From: Deltaproteobacteria bacterium
GTDB lineage: Bacteria > Desulfobacterota_D > UBA1144 > Nemesobacterales > CSP1-2
DNA: 64,000 nucleotides
Direction: 5' to 3'
Assembly: GCA_052390235.1 (NCBI GenBank)
Contig: JBQTHB010000003.1
Location: 192,001 to 256,000 of the forward strand
Shown: one piece after another, positions 1-8,011 of the stretch
Layout of the letters: the number at the start of each line of letters is the position of its first letter
Numbering within the stretch: position 1 is the stretch's first letter
Made by a program: the position numbers and the translations under genes
The notes under the pieces: model-generated
Told to the model about the DNA's origin: nothing
What the model saw: the letters and a program-made list of their open reading frames with translations, nothing else
The model's database searches: none

Positions 1-183
1 GACGGCATCTCCCCTGCCAGCTTTGGGGAGCTTTCCCTGAAGCGGGTCAACTGTAACGACAAACTCGCGGCTGTTGATGGTCTCTAGGCTCAGGACTATG
101 TACATGGGCCAGAGCCTAGGCTCGTCGCGGGCGATGTCGGCTTTTTTCACCACTGTGAGTGTGCGAAGCTCTAAATTAACCAT
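1..183 (-). CDS. hypothetical protein, runs off window start (MVNLELRTLTVVKKADIARDEPRLWPMYIVLSLETINSREF...)
   Basis: Manual translation: ATG at 183 preceded by a GGAGGT RBS, open to position 1. Confidence 0.6.
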   Translation of the reverse strand, partial: MVNLELRTLTVVKKADIARDEPRLWPMYIVLSLETINSREFVVTVDPLQGKLPKAGRGDAV

Positions 184-317
184 TGGGGGTAACCTCCGAA
201 TAAATTTTTCTTCCGAGAAATATAGGTGGCAGATTGGCAATCCATCATAGTATTTCGTATAAATCCGCAAATCACAATCCATAAAATTCACGCCGCTCCA
301 TCCCCAGATTAGCCCTA

Positions 318-357
318 TTGACAAGCCCCAGCTTTTTGAATACGATAGCTATTATCA
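318..357 (+). promoter_or_regulatory. sigma70-like promoter overlapped by a Fur-box-like site
   Basis: TTGACA(318-323)-17 nt-TACGAT(341-346); CGATAGC-T-ATTATCA at 343-357 vs Fur 7-1-7 TGATAAT-n-ATTATCA. Confidence 0.4.
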
Positions 358-490
358 ATATCACGCAAAGCCCCGCGCCTGCTCCCTCGTTTTACGGTCA
401 TTTGACCAGGCGCTCTAGGCAGGAGCGACGACGCGGACGCGCCTCCGATGTTGCAGGAATTTTAGATTAATTTAAGGGATGGAGGAGTCT

Positions 491-898
491 CTATTCAAAA
501 GGCGCGGCGCCGAAATCCGGGGAGATGCGCCATCCGTCCTTAGCCTTAATCCAAACGTCCTCAACAAGGGCGGTCTTCTCGGAAACCGACGGGTATTTAT
601 AATAGTCTATAGAAACCCTCACCAGGGCTTCGACGCTCTGCTCGGGGAGGCGGATTTCTTTAATCTCAACACTCGTAATGTTTAGGCTCTCGCCGGATGC
701 TTGAATAAATCTCTCGTATTCGGCGCGCTTGGATTCATCAACAAGCGCAGAGGATCTATCGTAATATTTCCACTTAAACAACTTGTAATACAGGGAAGCG
801 GCCGAGGCTAGGGATTCTTTGCTCGGGCCTGATTTTCCCGCAAGAGCGCAGGAGGAGAGAAATAAAACCGCAATCAATGCGCAAAGGAGTATCTTCAT
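491..898 (-). CDS. hypothetical lipoprotein
   Basis: Signal peptide with lipobox LSSC; co-oriented downstream of atpE. Confidence 0.7.
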   Translation of the reverse strand: MKILLCALIAVLFLSSCALAGKSGPSKESLASAASLYYKLFKWKYYDRSSALVDESKRAEYERFIQASGESLNITSVEIKEIRLPEQSVEALVRVSIDYYKYPSVSEKTALVEDVWIKAKDGWRISPDFGAAPFE

Positions 899-962
899 AC
901 GTTCCCTAGGGCGTGGAGAAGGGGCGAGCGCGCTCCAAGCGGCGTCCGCCCCGGAAGCGATT

Positions 963-1286
963 TTAGATTTTTGCCTGAAGTAGGAACGTGATGGCTAGGG
1001 CGTAAATTACGAGAGATTCGATAAGAGCAAGACCGATAATCATAGGGGTCTGAATCTTTGATGCCGCTCCCGGATTGCGGGCGATGCCGCTTAGAGCCGC
1101 CGCAGTGGCTCTACCCTGTCCCAAGCCTCCGAATCCCGCCGCGATTCCTATTCCTAGACCACTGCCCAGGGCAAGTCCGAGCTTAGCTAACTCTCCCGTG
1201 CCACCGTCCTGGGCGAAGGCATTCGGAACAAAAACGGCTATAGCCGCAACTCCCGCCATCGCAAGCAATGAAAGAAACCGTCTCAT
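963..1286 (-). CDS. atpE: ATP synthase F0 subunit c with signal-like N-terminal leader
   Basis: GxGxG-rich helix, ARNP loop, LALIESL with H+-binding Glu. Confidence 0.97.
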   Translation of the reverse strand: MRRFLSLLAMAGVAAIAVFVPNAFAQDGGTGELAKLGLALGSGLGIGIAAGFGGLGQGRATAAALSGIARNPGAASKIQTPMIIGLALIESLVIYALAITFLLQAKI

Positions 1287-1327
1287 TAATATTTACCTCC
1301 TTATGGTAATAAATTTATTTTCCACAT

Positions 1328-2020
1328 TTAGTGATGCTCATGGGCAACGGAAAGCGAAATGTATATGGCCGATAGAACCGTAAACACAAACGCCTGAAGC
1401 AACGATACAAAAAGACCAAGCCCGACGAAAATAGCCGGTATTACTATATGCGTAAGCTCGGTGAATATTCCAAGCACCAGATGGTCTCCAGTCATGTTCC
1501 AAAACAGACGGAGCGACAGAGACGCCGGGCGCACAAGGTGGCTTATTATCTCGATGATTATCATTAAAGGGGCTAAAAAAAGCACGGGCCCTGCAAAGTG
1601 CTTCAGGTATGAGATACCGTGTTCTTTAAACCCGTAGTAGTTGTACATGACGAATATCACGAGACCGCACGCCACAGTGGTATTAAAATTTCCGGTAGGG
1701 GAAAGAAATCCGGGTATCAGCCCCATGAGATTCGAGAATAAAATAAAGAAAAAAGACGTCGCGAGAAGCGGGAAATATTTCATTGCCTTTTCCCTCGACC
1801 CCATTATTCCCGTGAAAAGGTCAAGCAGGAAGTCGAGGCTTAAAATCTCAAAAACCGTCCTAAAAGAGAGCTTCGCCTCGGGTAGAATGGAATCTCTTTT
1901 CGAGAGGTTTTCCCTGATTTTACGCCCAGCATAGATTAAAAAAGCGATAACTATTATCGCGCTTAAAACATGGTCGTAATGCCCTAAACCAATCAAAGTA
2001 AACCAGCTAAAGTGTTCCAT
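1328..2020 (-). CDS. atpB: ATP synthase F0 subunit a
   Basis: RPASLSLRLFWNM and LQAFVFTVLS motifs; next to atpE. Confidence 0.97.
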   Translation of the reverse strand: MEHFSWFTLIGLGHYDHVLSAIIVIAFLIYAGRKIRENLSKRDSILPEAKLSFRTVFEILSLDFLLDLFTGIMGSREKAMKYFPLLATSFFFILFSNLMGLIPGFLSPTGNFNTTVACGLVIFVMYNYYGFKEHGISYLKHFAGPVLFLAPLMIIIEIISHLVRPASLSLRLFWNMTGDHLVLGIFTELTHIVIPAIFVGLGLFVSLLQAFVFTVLSAIYISLSVAHEHH

Positions 2021-2393
2021 TCGAGCTTCCTTTCAGGCTTTCTCCTATTATGACCAGCACCACTCCCGTAACCCCTATAAAAAAACCATAGATGTTGACC
2101 TTTGTAAATAAGAACAGAAAAACTACAGCCCCTACCAAAACCAGCAGTTTTATAAGAAGCACAAATATGCTGAATCCCTTAGAGTAGGCGTTGCCAATAA
2201 TGGAGGCAACGATAAACTTTATAGCGAGAAAATTGGCTACAACCATCAGCCCGCCTACAGCGGCGCCGTATGCAAGCTCCCTTGAGCCGATAAGTAAGTT
2301 TGCAACCGCGATAATCACGGTAACTATTAGACCCGCTTTTTCCACCCTGCCGAGAACACTAATTTTTGCTGGAGTCGTCGTCTGCGTCGTCAT
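2007..2393 (-). CDS. atpI: ATP synthase subunit I (4-TM)
   Basis: Hydrophobic 128 aa, ANF motif, overlaps atpB start. Confidence 0.8.
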   Translation of the reverse strand: MTTQTTTPAKISVLGRVEKAGLIVTVIIAVANLLIGSRELAYGAAVGGLMVVANFLAIKFIVASIIGNAYSKGFSIFVLLIKLLVLVGAVVFLFLFTKVNIYGFFIGVTGVVLVIIGESLKGSSNGTL

Positions 2394-2610
2394 TTGTTTT
2401 TCTCAAGACCCTAATTAGAAACGTAAAGCCAGATGCGACTCCGGCTAAGAGTCCCACGAGGGCAAACACCGGAGTTTCCATCTCCATCCACTCATCGGCA
2501 TAAGAACCAAGAATCAGACCCGCGAGTATGGACACCGCAAGCTGAGTCCCTACGGCAAAATATATAACCCATCCAGTATGCTTGTTATTAACCTTAGAGC
2601 ACCCCCAAAT
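2359..2610 (-). CDS. atpZ: AtpZ/AtpI-family 2-TM protein without a canonical start codon
   Basis: Manual translation IWGCSKVNNKHTGWVIYFAVGTQLAVSILAGLILGSYADEWMEMETPVFALVGLLAGVASGFTFLIRVLRK...*; GxxxD..P..G..G pattern and position upstream of atpI; not in ORF track. Confidence 0.7.
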   Translation of the reverse strand: MWGCSKVNNKHTGWVIYFAVGTQLAVSILAGLILGSYADEWMEMETPVFALVGLLAGVASGFTFLIRVLRKTNDDADDDSSKN

Positions 2611-2612
2611 GG

Positions 2613-3908
2613 CTATTTAGCGAGCTTTTTAAGCGCGCCGTATGCGGCTTTAAGGGTCAATTCCAGCTCCGCTTCAGTGTGCGCGCTCGACACGAAAACC
2701 GCCTCGAACTGCGAAGGCGGAAACATAATACCAGCGTCGAGCATATTTTTAAAGAACCCAGAATACATTTTCGTATCAGCCCTAAGAGCCGAGGCATAGT
2801 CAGCAACCTCATGCTCGGTAAAAAACAGGGTAAAGAGCGAGCCTGCGGAGTTTATCCGCGCTTTAATGTGCAATTTGGCAAGTATTTCCCTGAGTCCGCC
2901 AACTAAATCGCGGGTTACCCCGTCGAGCCTCTTATGGAAACCCCTCTCTTTGATTTTGTTGATAGTTGCAATTCCCGCCGCCATTGCCAGTGGGTTTCCC
3001 GATAGAGTTCCCGCCTGATACACCGGGCCAATTGGGGATATAAGGCTCATTATCTCCCGCCTGCCGCCGTAAGCCCCGACCGGAACGCCCCCCCCTATTA
3101 TCTTGCCGAGGCAGGTGATGTCGGGCGTAACGCCATAGGTTTTCTGCGCCCCTCCGAGGCTCAGGCGAAAACCCGATATAACCTCGTCGAAAATTAGCAG
3201 AGAGCCAGAATTCAGGGTGATTTCTCTGAGTTTTTGAAGGAATCCCTCTTTAGGGAGTACGACTCCCATGTTTGCCGCCACAGGCTCGATGATAACGGCG
3301 GCGATTTTATTTCGATACTCGGCAAAAAGCCTCTCCACGGAGGAAATATCGTTGTATTGAGCAATTAGCGTCTTAGCGGTAAATTCCTGCGGCACTCCGG
3401 GACTGCTCGGAGTTCCAAAAGTGGTCGCGCCGGAGCCGGCTTTAACCAGCAGGTAGTCTGCGTGTCCGTGGTAGCATCCCTCGAATTTCACTATATAATC
3501 GCGCCCCGTATAGGCTCTGCCGAGCCTTACAGCGCTCATTGTCGCCTCAGTGCCTGAGCTTGTCAGGCGCACCATTTCAACCGAGGCAAACGCCTTTACC
3601 ACGAGACTGGCAAGAGTGATTTCTTCTTCGCACGGAGCGCCGTAGCTCGTTCCCCTCCCAGCCGCACTTTTAATCGCCGACACTACGTCGGGGTGGGCGT
3701 GTCCGAGAATTAGAGGCCCCCAAGAGCCGATATAGTCAACGTACTTATTGCCGTCTTTATCGTAAATCCAAGCGCCTTGGGCTTTTTCAACAAAAATCGG
3801 CGTGCCTCCGACGGCGCGGAACGAGCGGACGGGACTATTTACGCCCCCTGGCATGATGCGCTCGGCGGTTTTATAGAGCTTTTTTGAGTTCACTACTTTT
3901 GATTTCAT
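2613..3908 (-). CDS. hemL: glutamate-1-semialdehyde 2,1-aminomutase
   Basis: PGGVNSPVR, SGTEATM, GKIIGGG (PLP Lys), YQAGTLSGNP. Confidence 0.98.
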   Translation of the reverse strand: MKSKVVNSKKLYKTAERIMPGGVNSPVRSFRAVGGTPIFVEKAQGAWIYDKDGNKYVDYIGSWGPLILGHAHPDVVSAIKSAAGRGTSYGAPCEEEITLASLVVKAFASVEMVRLTSSGTEATMSAVRLGRAYTGRDYIVKFEGCYHGHADYLLVKAGSGATTFGTPSSPGVPQEFTAKTLIAQYNDISSVERLFAEYRNKIAAVIIEPVAANMGVVLPKEGFLQKLREITLNSGSLLIFDEVISGFRLSLGGAQKTYGVTPDITCLGKIIGGGVPVGAYGGRREIMSLISPIGPVYQAGTLSGNPLAMAAGIATINKIKERGFHKRLDGVTRDLVGGLREILAKLHIKARINSAGSLFTLFFTEHEVADYASALRADTKMYSGFFKNMLDAGIMFPPSQFEAVFVSSAHTEAELELTLKAAYGALKKLAK

Positions 3909-3991
3909 AACAATATGATTTTCGGACGGGCAGACGACTCGGTATCAATGAACACGGAATGCGCCGAAATGTCAACAAACCTGGGGAGGCA

Positions 3992-4040
3992 CAAAAAGAA
4001 GAGGGTAAGGAAGAGGCAATATCCCCCTCCTTACCCCCTC
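3992..4040 (-). terminator. probable intrinsic terminator after pal-like operon
   Basis: Imperfect inverted repeat GAGGGTAAGG...CCTTACCCCCTC followed on the minus strand by TTCTTTTTG. Confidence 0.55.
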
Positions 4041-4055
4041 GCATAGAGATTTTAG

Positions 4056-4793
4056 TTATAGCGCAGGTTCGTCGTTGATTATGTAAATCCTTGCGCCCGG
4101 AGCGGATCCCGGATTAACCGGAATGAATCTGGCCCTCCTGTTGAGCTGATAAGACTCTTCAGTCGTGCCTTCTCCGAATTTAGAGGTTTCCCCTCTGCTG
4201 ACCGTATCAATCCTGCTGGGGTCAATGCCAAGCTGTACTAGATAGGACTTTGTTGAATCTGCCCTTCTCTGAGCTAGCGCCAAGTTGTATTCGTCCGTAC
4301 CCCTGATGTCGGCGTATCCTTCTACGACAACCCTTAGATTCGGATTACTCTTAAGTGTTTCGGCGTTTTCCTGAAGCACTGGCTCGGCATCAGGTCTGAT
4401 AGCCGCTCTGTCATAGTCGAAGAATATGTCCTTAAGCCCGTACTCAGTTTCCACCGGCGGAAGAGGAGGAGGAGGAGCTATAGGGGTCTCCTTCGAGGCG
4501 AGACATTTAAAGCGAGCTTCGTCCGCTTTAGCCTTGGCGTCGGCTAGAAGTCTTTTGGCTTCAAGCTCGGCGCAGAATTCACCGGCAAGGGCTTTTGCCT
4601 TTGCAAGAGCCGCCTCGGCTGCCGCGCATTCCGCGGGAGCGCAGTCAGGGCATCCAGCCGCTTTAGCCGCCGCCACAGCCGCCTCAGCATCGGCTATTTC
4701 CTGAGGTGTGGGAGGAACATTCGCACAACTCACAATGTACATCAAACCAACCAGCATAAGGGGAAGAACCGTATAGAGTTTAACCCTTTTCAT
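4056..4793 (-). CDS. OmpA/Pal-family lipoprotein with Cys-containing DUF4398-like N-terminal helical domain
   Basis: Lipobox IVSC; IFFDYD, EGYADIRGTDEYNLALAQRRA, NRRA. Confidence 0.9.
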   Translation of the reverse strand: MKRVKLYTVLPLMLVGLMYIVSCANVPPTPQEIADAEAAVAAAKAAGCPDCAPAECAAAEAALAKAKALAGEFCAELEAKRLLADAKAKADEARFKCLASKETPIAPPPPLPPVETEYGLKDIFFDYDRAAIRPDAEPVLQENAETLKSNPNLRVVVEGYADIRGTDEYNLALAQRRADSTKSYLVQLGIDPSRIDTVSRGETSKFGEGTTEESYQLNRRARFIPVNPGSAPGARIYIINDEPAL

Positions 4794-4841
4794 CTAATTT
4801 ACCCTCCTTATAAGAGAATTATTATTTACATCATATAACAT

Positions 4842-5600
4842 TTAATTTTTTCTTGCAAGTTCTTTCAGTTTCTCTCTAGCTACTTTGGCTTCTTCGGATT
4901 TAGGGAACTTATCAATCAGCGTCTGAAGAAACAGCTTCGCCTCCTCGTTTCTATCTATGCTGATGAGGGCAAGCCCCTGCTTTAGATAAGAAAGCGGCAC
5001 TCGCTCGTCCTTCGTATAGCCATCTATAAACTTCTGAAATTCCAGAATTGATTCCTCAAACTTACCCTCCCTGTAATAGGACTCAGCAATCCAATAAACG
5101 GTGCTTGCCGAATCGGGAGAGTTGGGATTGCTCCTTAGAAACTGGGTAAAAAGCTCCCTAGCCCTTTTATATTTCCCCTCGCCGAGGTTCTTATAGGCCT
5201 CGACATATATCTTATTTTCGGGGGGAGTGGCAGTAGCGCCATCCGAGGACTGCAAGGTCGTATCCCCGACTATTGTCGGCGGGGTGGTCGGCGCGGCTTG
5301 AATAGAAGAGAGCCTCTGATTCAACTGCGATAGAGCGTCCCTCAGTTCGGAGTAAGAGCCTTCGATGGCTCTAATTCTATCTTCAATTCGAGCCAGCTGC
5401 TCTCTTAGCGCCGTGGTGTCGTTGGTGTCCTGAGCCTCTCGGCGAACCTGCTCTAAGTCCTGATATATCTGATTCACCCTATTTTCGAGGTTTATCTGCC
5501 TAGAATAGACGCTCCTCACGTCTTCGTTTGTCGCGACACCGGCGCATCCGACCGAAACAGATAGGAGTAACAGAGCTGAGGAAGCAATTTTGAGTCTCAT
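4842..5600 (-). CDS. cpoB: Tol-Pal system protein CpoB/YbgF (coiled coil + TPR)
   Basis: Lipobox SVGC, coiled coil, TPRs (YWIAESYY, LKQGLA, LIDKFPKS); between Pal-like genes. Confidence 0.85.
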   Translation of the reverse strand: MRLKIASSALLLLSVSVGCAGVATNEDVRSVYSRQINLENRVNQIYQDLEQVRREAQDTNDTTALREQLARIEDRIRAIEGSYSELRDALSQLNQRLSSIQAAPTTPPTIVGDTTLQSSDGATATPPENKIYVEAYKNLGEGKYKRARELFTQFLRSNPNSPDSASTVYWIAESYYREGKFEESILEFQKFIDGYTKDERVPLSYLKQGLALISIDRNEEAKLFLQTLIDKFPKSEEAKVAREKLKELARKN

Positions 5601-5613
5601 TTTATTTTCTCGG

Positions 5614-6354
5614 TTAATTATCCGCCGAAGCCCTAGGGGAAGAGGAGGAAACCACTACGAAATGCGCCCTTCTGTTCTGCTGATAGGCAGATTCGGTAGC
5701 CCCCGGAGACCACTGCTCGGTCTCCCCTTTGCTTACGGACTGCACCACAGATGGAGACACGCCAAGCCCAACGAGATACGCTCTAATGGAATCGGCTCTC
5801 TTCTGACCAAGGGCGAGGTTATACTCTTCCGTGCCGCGGACATCGCAGTATCCTTCTACGGCAACGAGCTTGAAGCTGGGGTTGGCTTTTATTATCCCTG
5901 CATTTTGCTTAAGCACCGGGATGGAATCGGGGTTCACATTGGAGCTGTCGTAGTCGAAAAATACGTCAACGAGGCCAAAATTAGAGCCGGGCAACTTATC
6001 CCCCTTCATCTGCTCCAGTTCCTGCTCCTTAGCGATAATCTCTCCTTCGGTCATCTCCATCTGAGATTTTGCTATTAGGGCTTTTCCCTTCGCCTCTATG
6101 GCTTTGTATCGGGCTTGCACCAGAAGCTCTCTGGCCTCTTTATATTTCCCCTGAGCCATTAGTTCTTTGGCTTTATTTAAAAGCTCCTCGGCTTGACGGT
6201 ACTCCTCGGCGGCAAATTCCTCTGCTCCGGCTTCTTTAGCCGCCTTAAGCGCGGCTTCGGCGTCTCCGAGTTCTCTGTCGTATTTGTCACCGCAAGCCCC
6301 AAGATACAGGGCGAGAGTCAGAACCGTAAGGGTCAGTAAAACAAACTTTCTCAT
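5614..6354 (-). CDS. pal: Pal/OmpA-family lipoprotein with DUF4398-like N-terminus
   Basis: Lipobox LGAC; A..AGA...A..EY..A; FFDYD, EGYCDVRGTEEYNLALGQKRA, SKGE, NRRA. Confidence 0.85.
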   Translation of the reverse strand: MRKFVLLTLTVLTLALYLGACGDKYDRELGDAEAALKAAKEAGAEEFAAEEYRQAEELLNKAKELMAQGKYKEARELLVQARYKAIEAKGKALIAKSQMEMTEGEIIAKEQELEQMKGDKLPGSNFGLVDVFFDYDSSNVNPDSIPVLKQNAGIIKANPSFKLVAVEGYCDVRGTEEYNLALGQKRADSIRAYLVGLGVSPSVVQSVSKGETEQWSPGATESAYQQNRRAHFVVVSSSSPRASADN

Positions 6355-6598
6355 AAATTCCTCCCAAGTGCGTTAACGGAAACACGGTTAATTATAAGAT
6401 TTCTACCCTATTTTGAATTTTAAGTCAATAGCATTTATTGCTCTAGGTTGAGCTATTTCGCGGTATTCGGTTATAGACGAGAGTTTTTTTAATGGAAATG
6501 ATAATTATAAATAAATAGAGATAAAATTCATCCCCCCTGACAATTTGACCATGAGTTCAATTTATGATATTGTTGACCTAGGATGGGAAATAAATATA

Positions 6599-7093
6599 AT
6601 GTTCAAAGTTGGCTCTAAGGCCGTTTATCCGGCTCACGGAGTTGTAGAGATAAGGGCAATTGAAGCTAAAGAGATTTGCGGCACTAAGAAGACCTTTTAC
6701 ATACTGAAGGTTCTTGAGAGCGACGTTACGGTGATGGTGCCTACCGACAACGCCGAGAACATCGGGCTAAGGCCCATTATCACCAAAACTGAAGTCCCAG
6801 GCATATACGAAATACTCAAGAATAAAAAAACCGTTGAACCCGTTCCGAACGGCAATCAAAGCTGGAACAAGCGCTACCGAGAGTACGTTGATAAGCTCAA
6901 AAGCGGCAACATTGTCGAGGTCGCCACGGTTCTAAAGAGTATCTACCTGCTGCGCGGCGAGAAAGAGCTTTCATTCGGGGAGCGGCGCATATTCGACAAC
7001 GCCCGCGTGCTTCTGATTAGAGAAATCGCCCTAGCCAAAGACTCAGACGAGCAATCCGTAGCCGGAGAGATTGAAAAACTCCTCACCGAATAA
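6599..7093 (+). CDS. carD: CarD family transcriptional regulator
   Basis: MFKVG..VYPAHGV, GLRP, WNKRYR, LSFGER; start moved to ATG 6599. Confidence 0.95.
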   Translation: MFKVGSKAVYPAHGVVEIRAIEAKEICGTKKTFYILKVLESDVTVMVPTDNAENIGLRPIITKTEVPGIYEILKNKKTVEPVPNGNQSWNKRYREYVDKLKSGNIVEVATVLKSIYLLRGEKELSFGERRIFDNARVLLIREIALAKDSDEQSVAGEIEKLLTE

Positions 7094-7981
7094 ATGTCTC
7101 GCGAGCTGATTGACATAAAAGCCGCATCTAAACTCAAGGGTTTTCATTTCGGAGCCAAGTCCCGCGCGTCCGGTTACGCCTCTGGGATTCACAAAAGCGC
7201 GCACAAAGGGGTAAGCCCCGATTTTCTCGAATATAAAGAATACTCTGAGGGGGACGAGCTAAAGCGCGTTGACTGGCGTCTGTACGGCAGACAAGACCGC
7301 CTCTACGTCAGGAAATTTGAAGATGAGGCAATACTTAGATGGCTCATCTTGGTTGACCGAAGTGCCTCGATGGGATACGGCTCTGGTGGTGGGGAGACAA
7401 AGCTCGATTACGCCAAGCGCCTCGGGGCTACACTTGCGTATCTGCTCCTGAAGCAGGGGGACTCAGTGGGGATTTCGGATTTCTCGGCGGATGCAGGGAG
7501 GGGGGATTGCGAGGCAATTGCTCCCCGCTCGGGGGCATCGCAAATAACGCGGATAACCGAGAGGCTGGGCGCGCTGCGCGCTGGCGGCGGTACTCTCATC
7601 AAACAGGCGGCGCTCAGCACAATTGAGAGAATCCGGGGGGATGCGGCTCTGGTGGTAATATCGGATTTCCTAACCGAGGCGGGAGGGGTTAGAGAGAGTC
7701 TGAGGCTGATAAGCGCGTCTCGCAAAAAGGCGTTTTTCTTCCATGTGCTGGATGCTGGCGAGATGGATTTTAATTTCGAGGGGATAATCGAATTTGAGGA
7801 CCTCGAAGACGGCAGTAGAGTTTTAGTTGACGCCGGAGACATCCGAGAGGCTTACAGAGGGCGGATGAGGCGTTTCATCGCTGAAACCGCCGCCGTCTGC
7901 CACGAAAACGGTGCGGCGCATATACTCGCCCCCACGAACGCCCCGATAGAAGACGCGCTCCTGCAAATTGCAGTGAAATAA
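7094..7981 (+). CDS. DUF58 (vWA-like, MoxR-associated) protein
   Basis: G.HKS..KG.S.DF.EYKEY..GD..KRVDW, DRSASM MIDAS, VISDF. Confidence 0.92.
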   Translation: MSRELIDIKAASKLKGFHFGAKSRASGYASGIHKSAHKGVSPDFLEYKEYSEGDELKRVDWRLYGRQDRLYVRKFEDEAILRWLILVDRSASMGYGSGGGETKLDYAKRLGATLAYLLLKQGDSVGISDFSADAGRGDCEAIAPRSGASQITRITERLGALRAGGGTLIKQAALSTIERIRGDAALVVISDFLTEAGGVRESLRLISASRKKAFFFHVLDAGEMDFNFEGIIEFEDLEDGSRVLVDAGDIREAYRGRMRRFIAETAAVCHENGAAHILAPTNAPIEDALLQIAVK

Positions 7982-8011
7982 CCGACGCGGGACGGGGGGG
8001 GGGTGGTATAA

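Noticed and set aside
963..1286. Signal-like leader on ATP synthase subunit c as a novelty
   Set aside because: Such N-terminal extensions are already known in delta/epsilon-proteobacterial c subunits.
6496..6515. Fur-like site upstream of carD (TGATAATTATAAATA)
   Set aside because: Only one good half-site in a very AT-rich region; could be chance.
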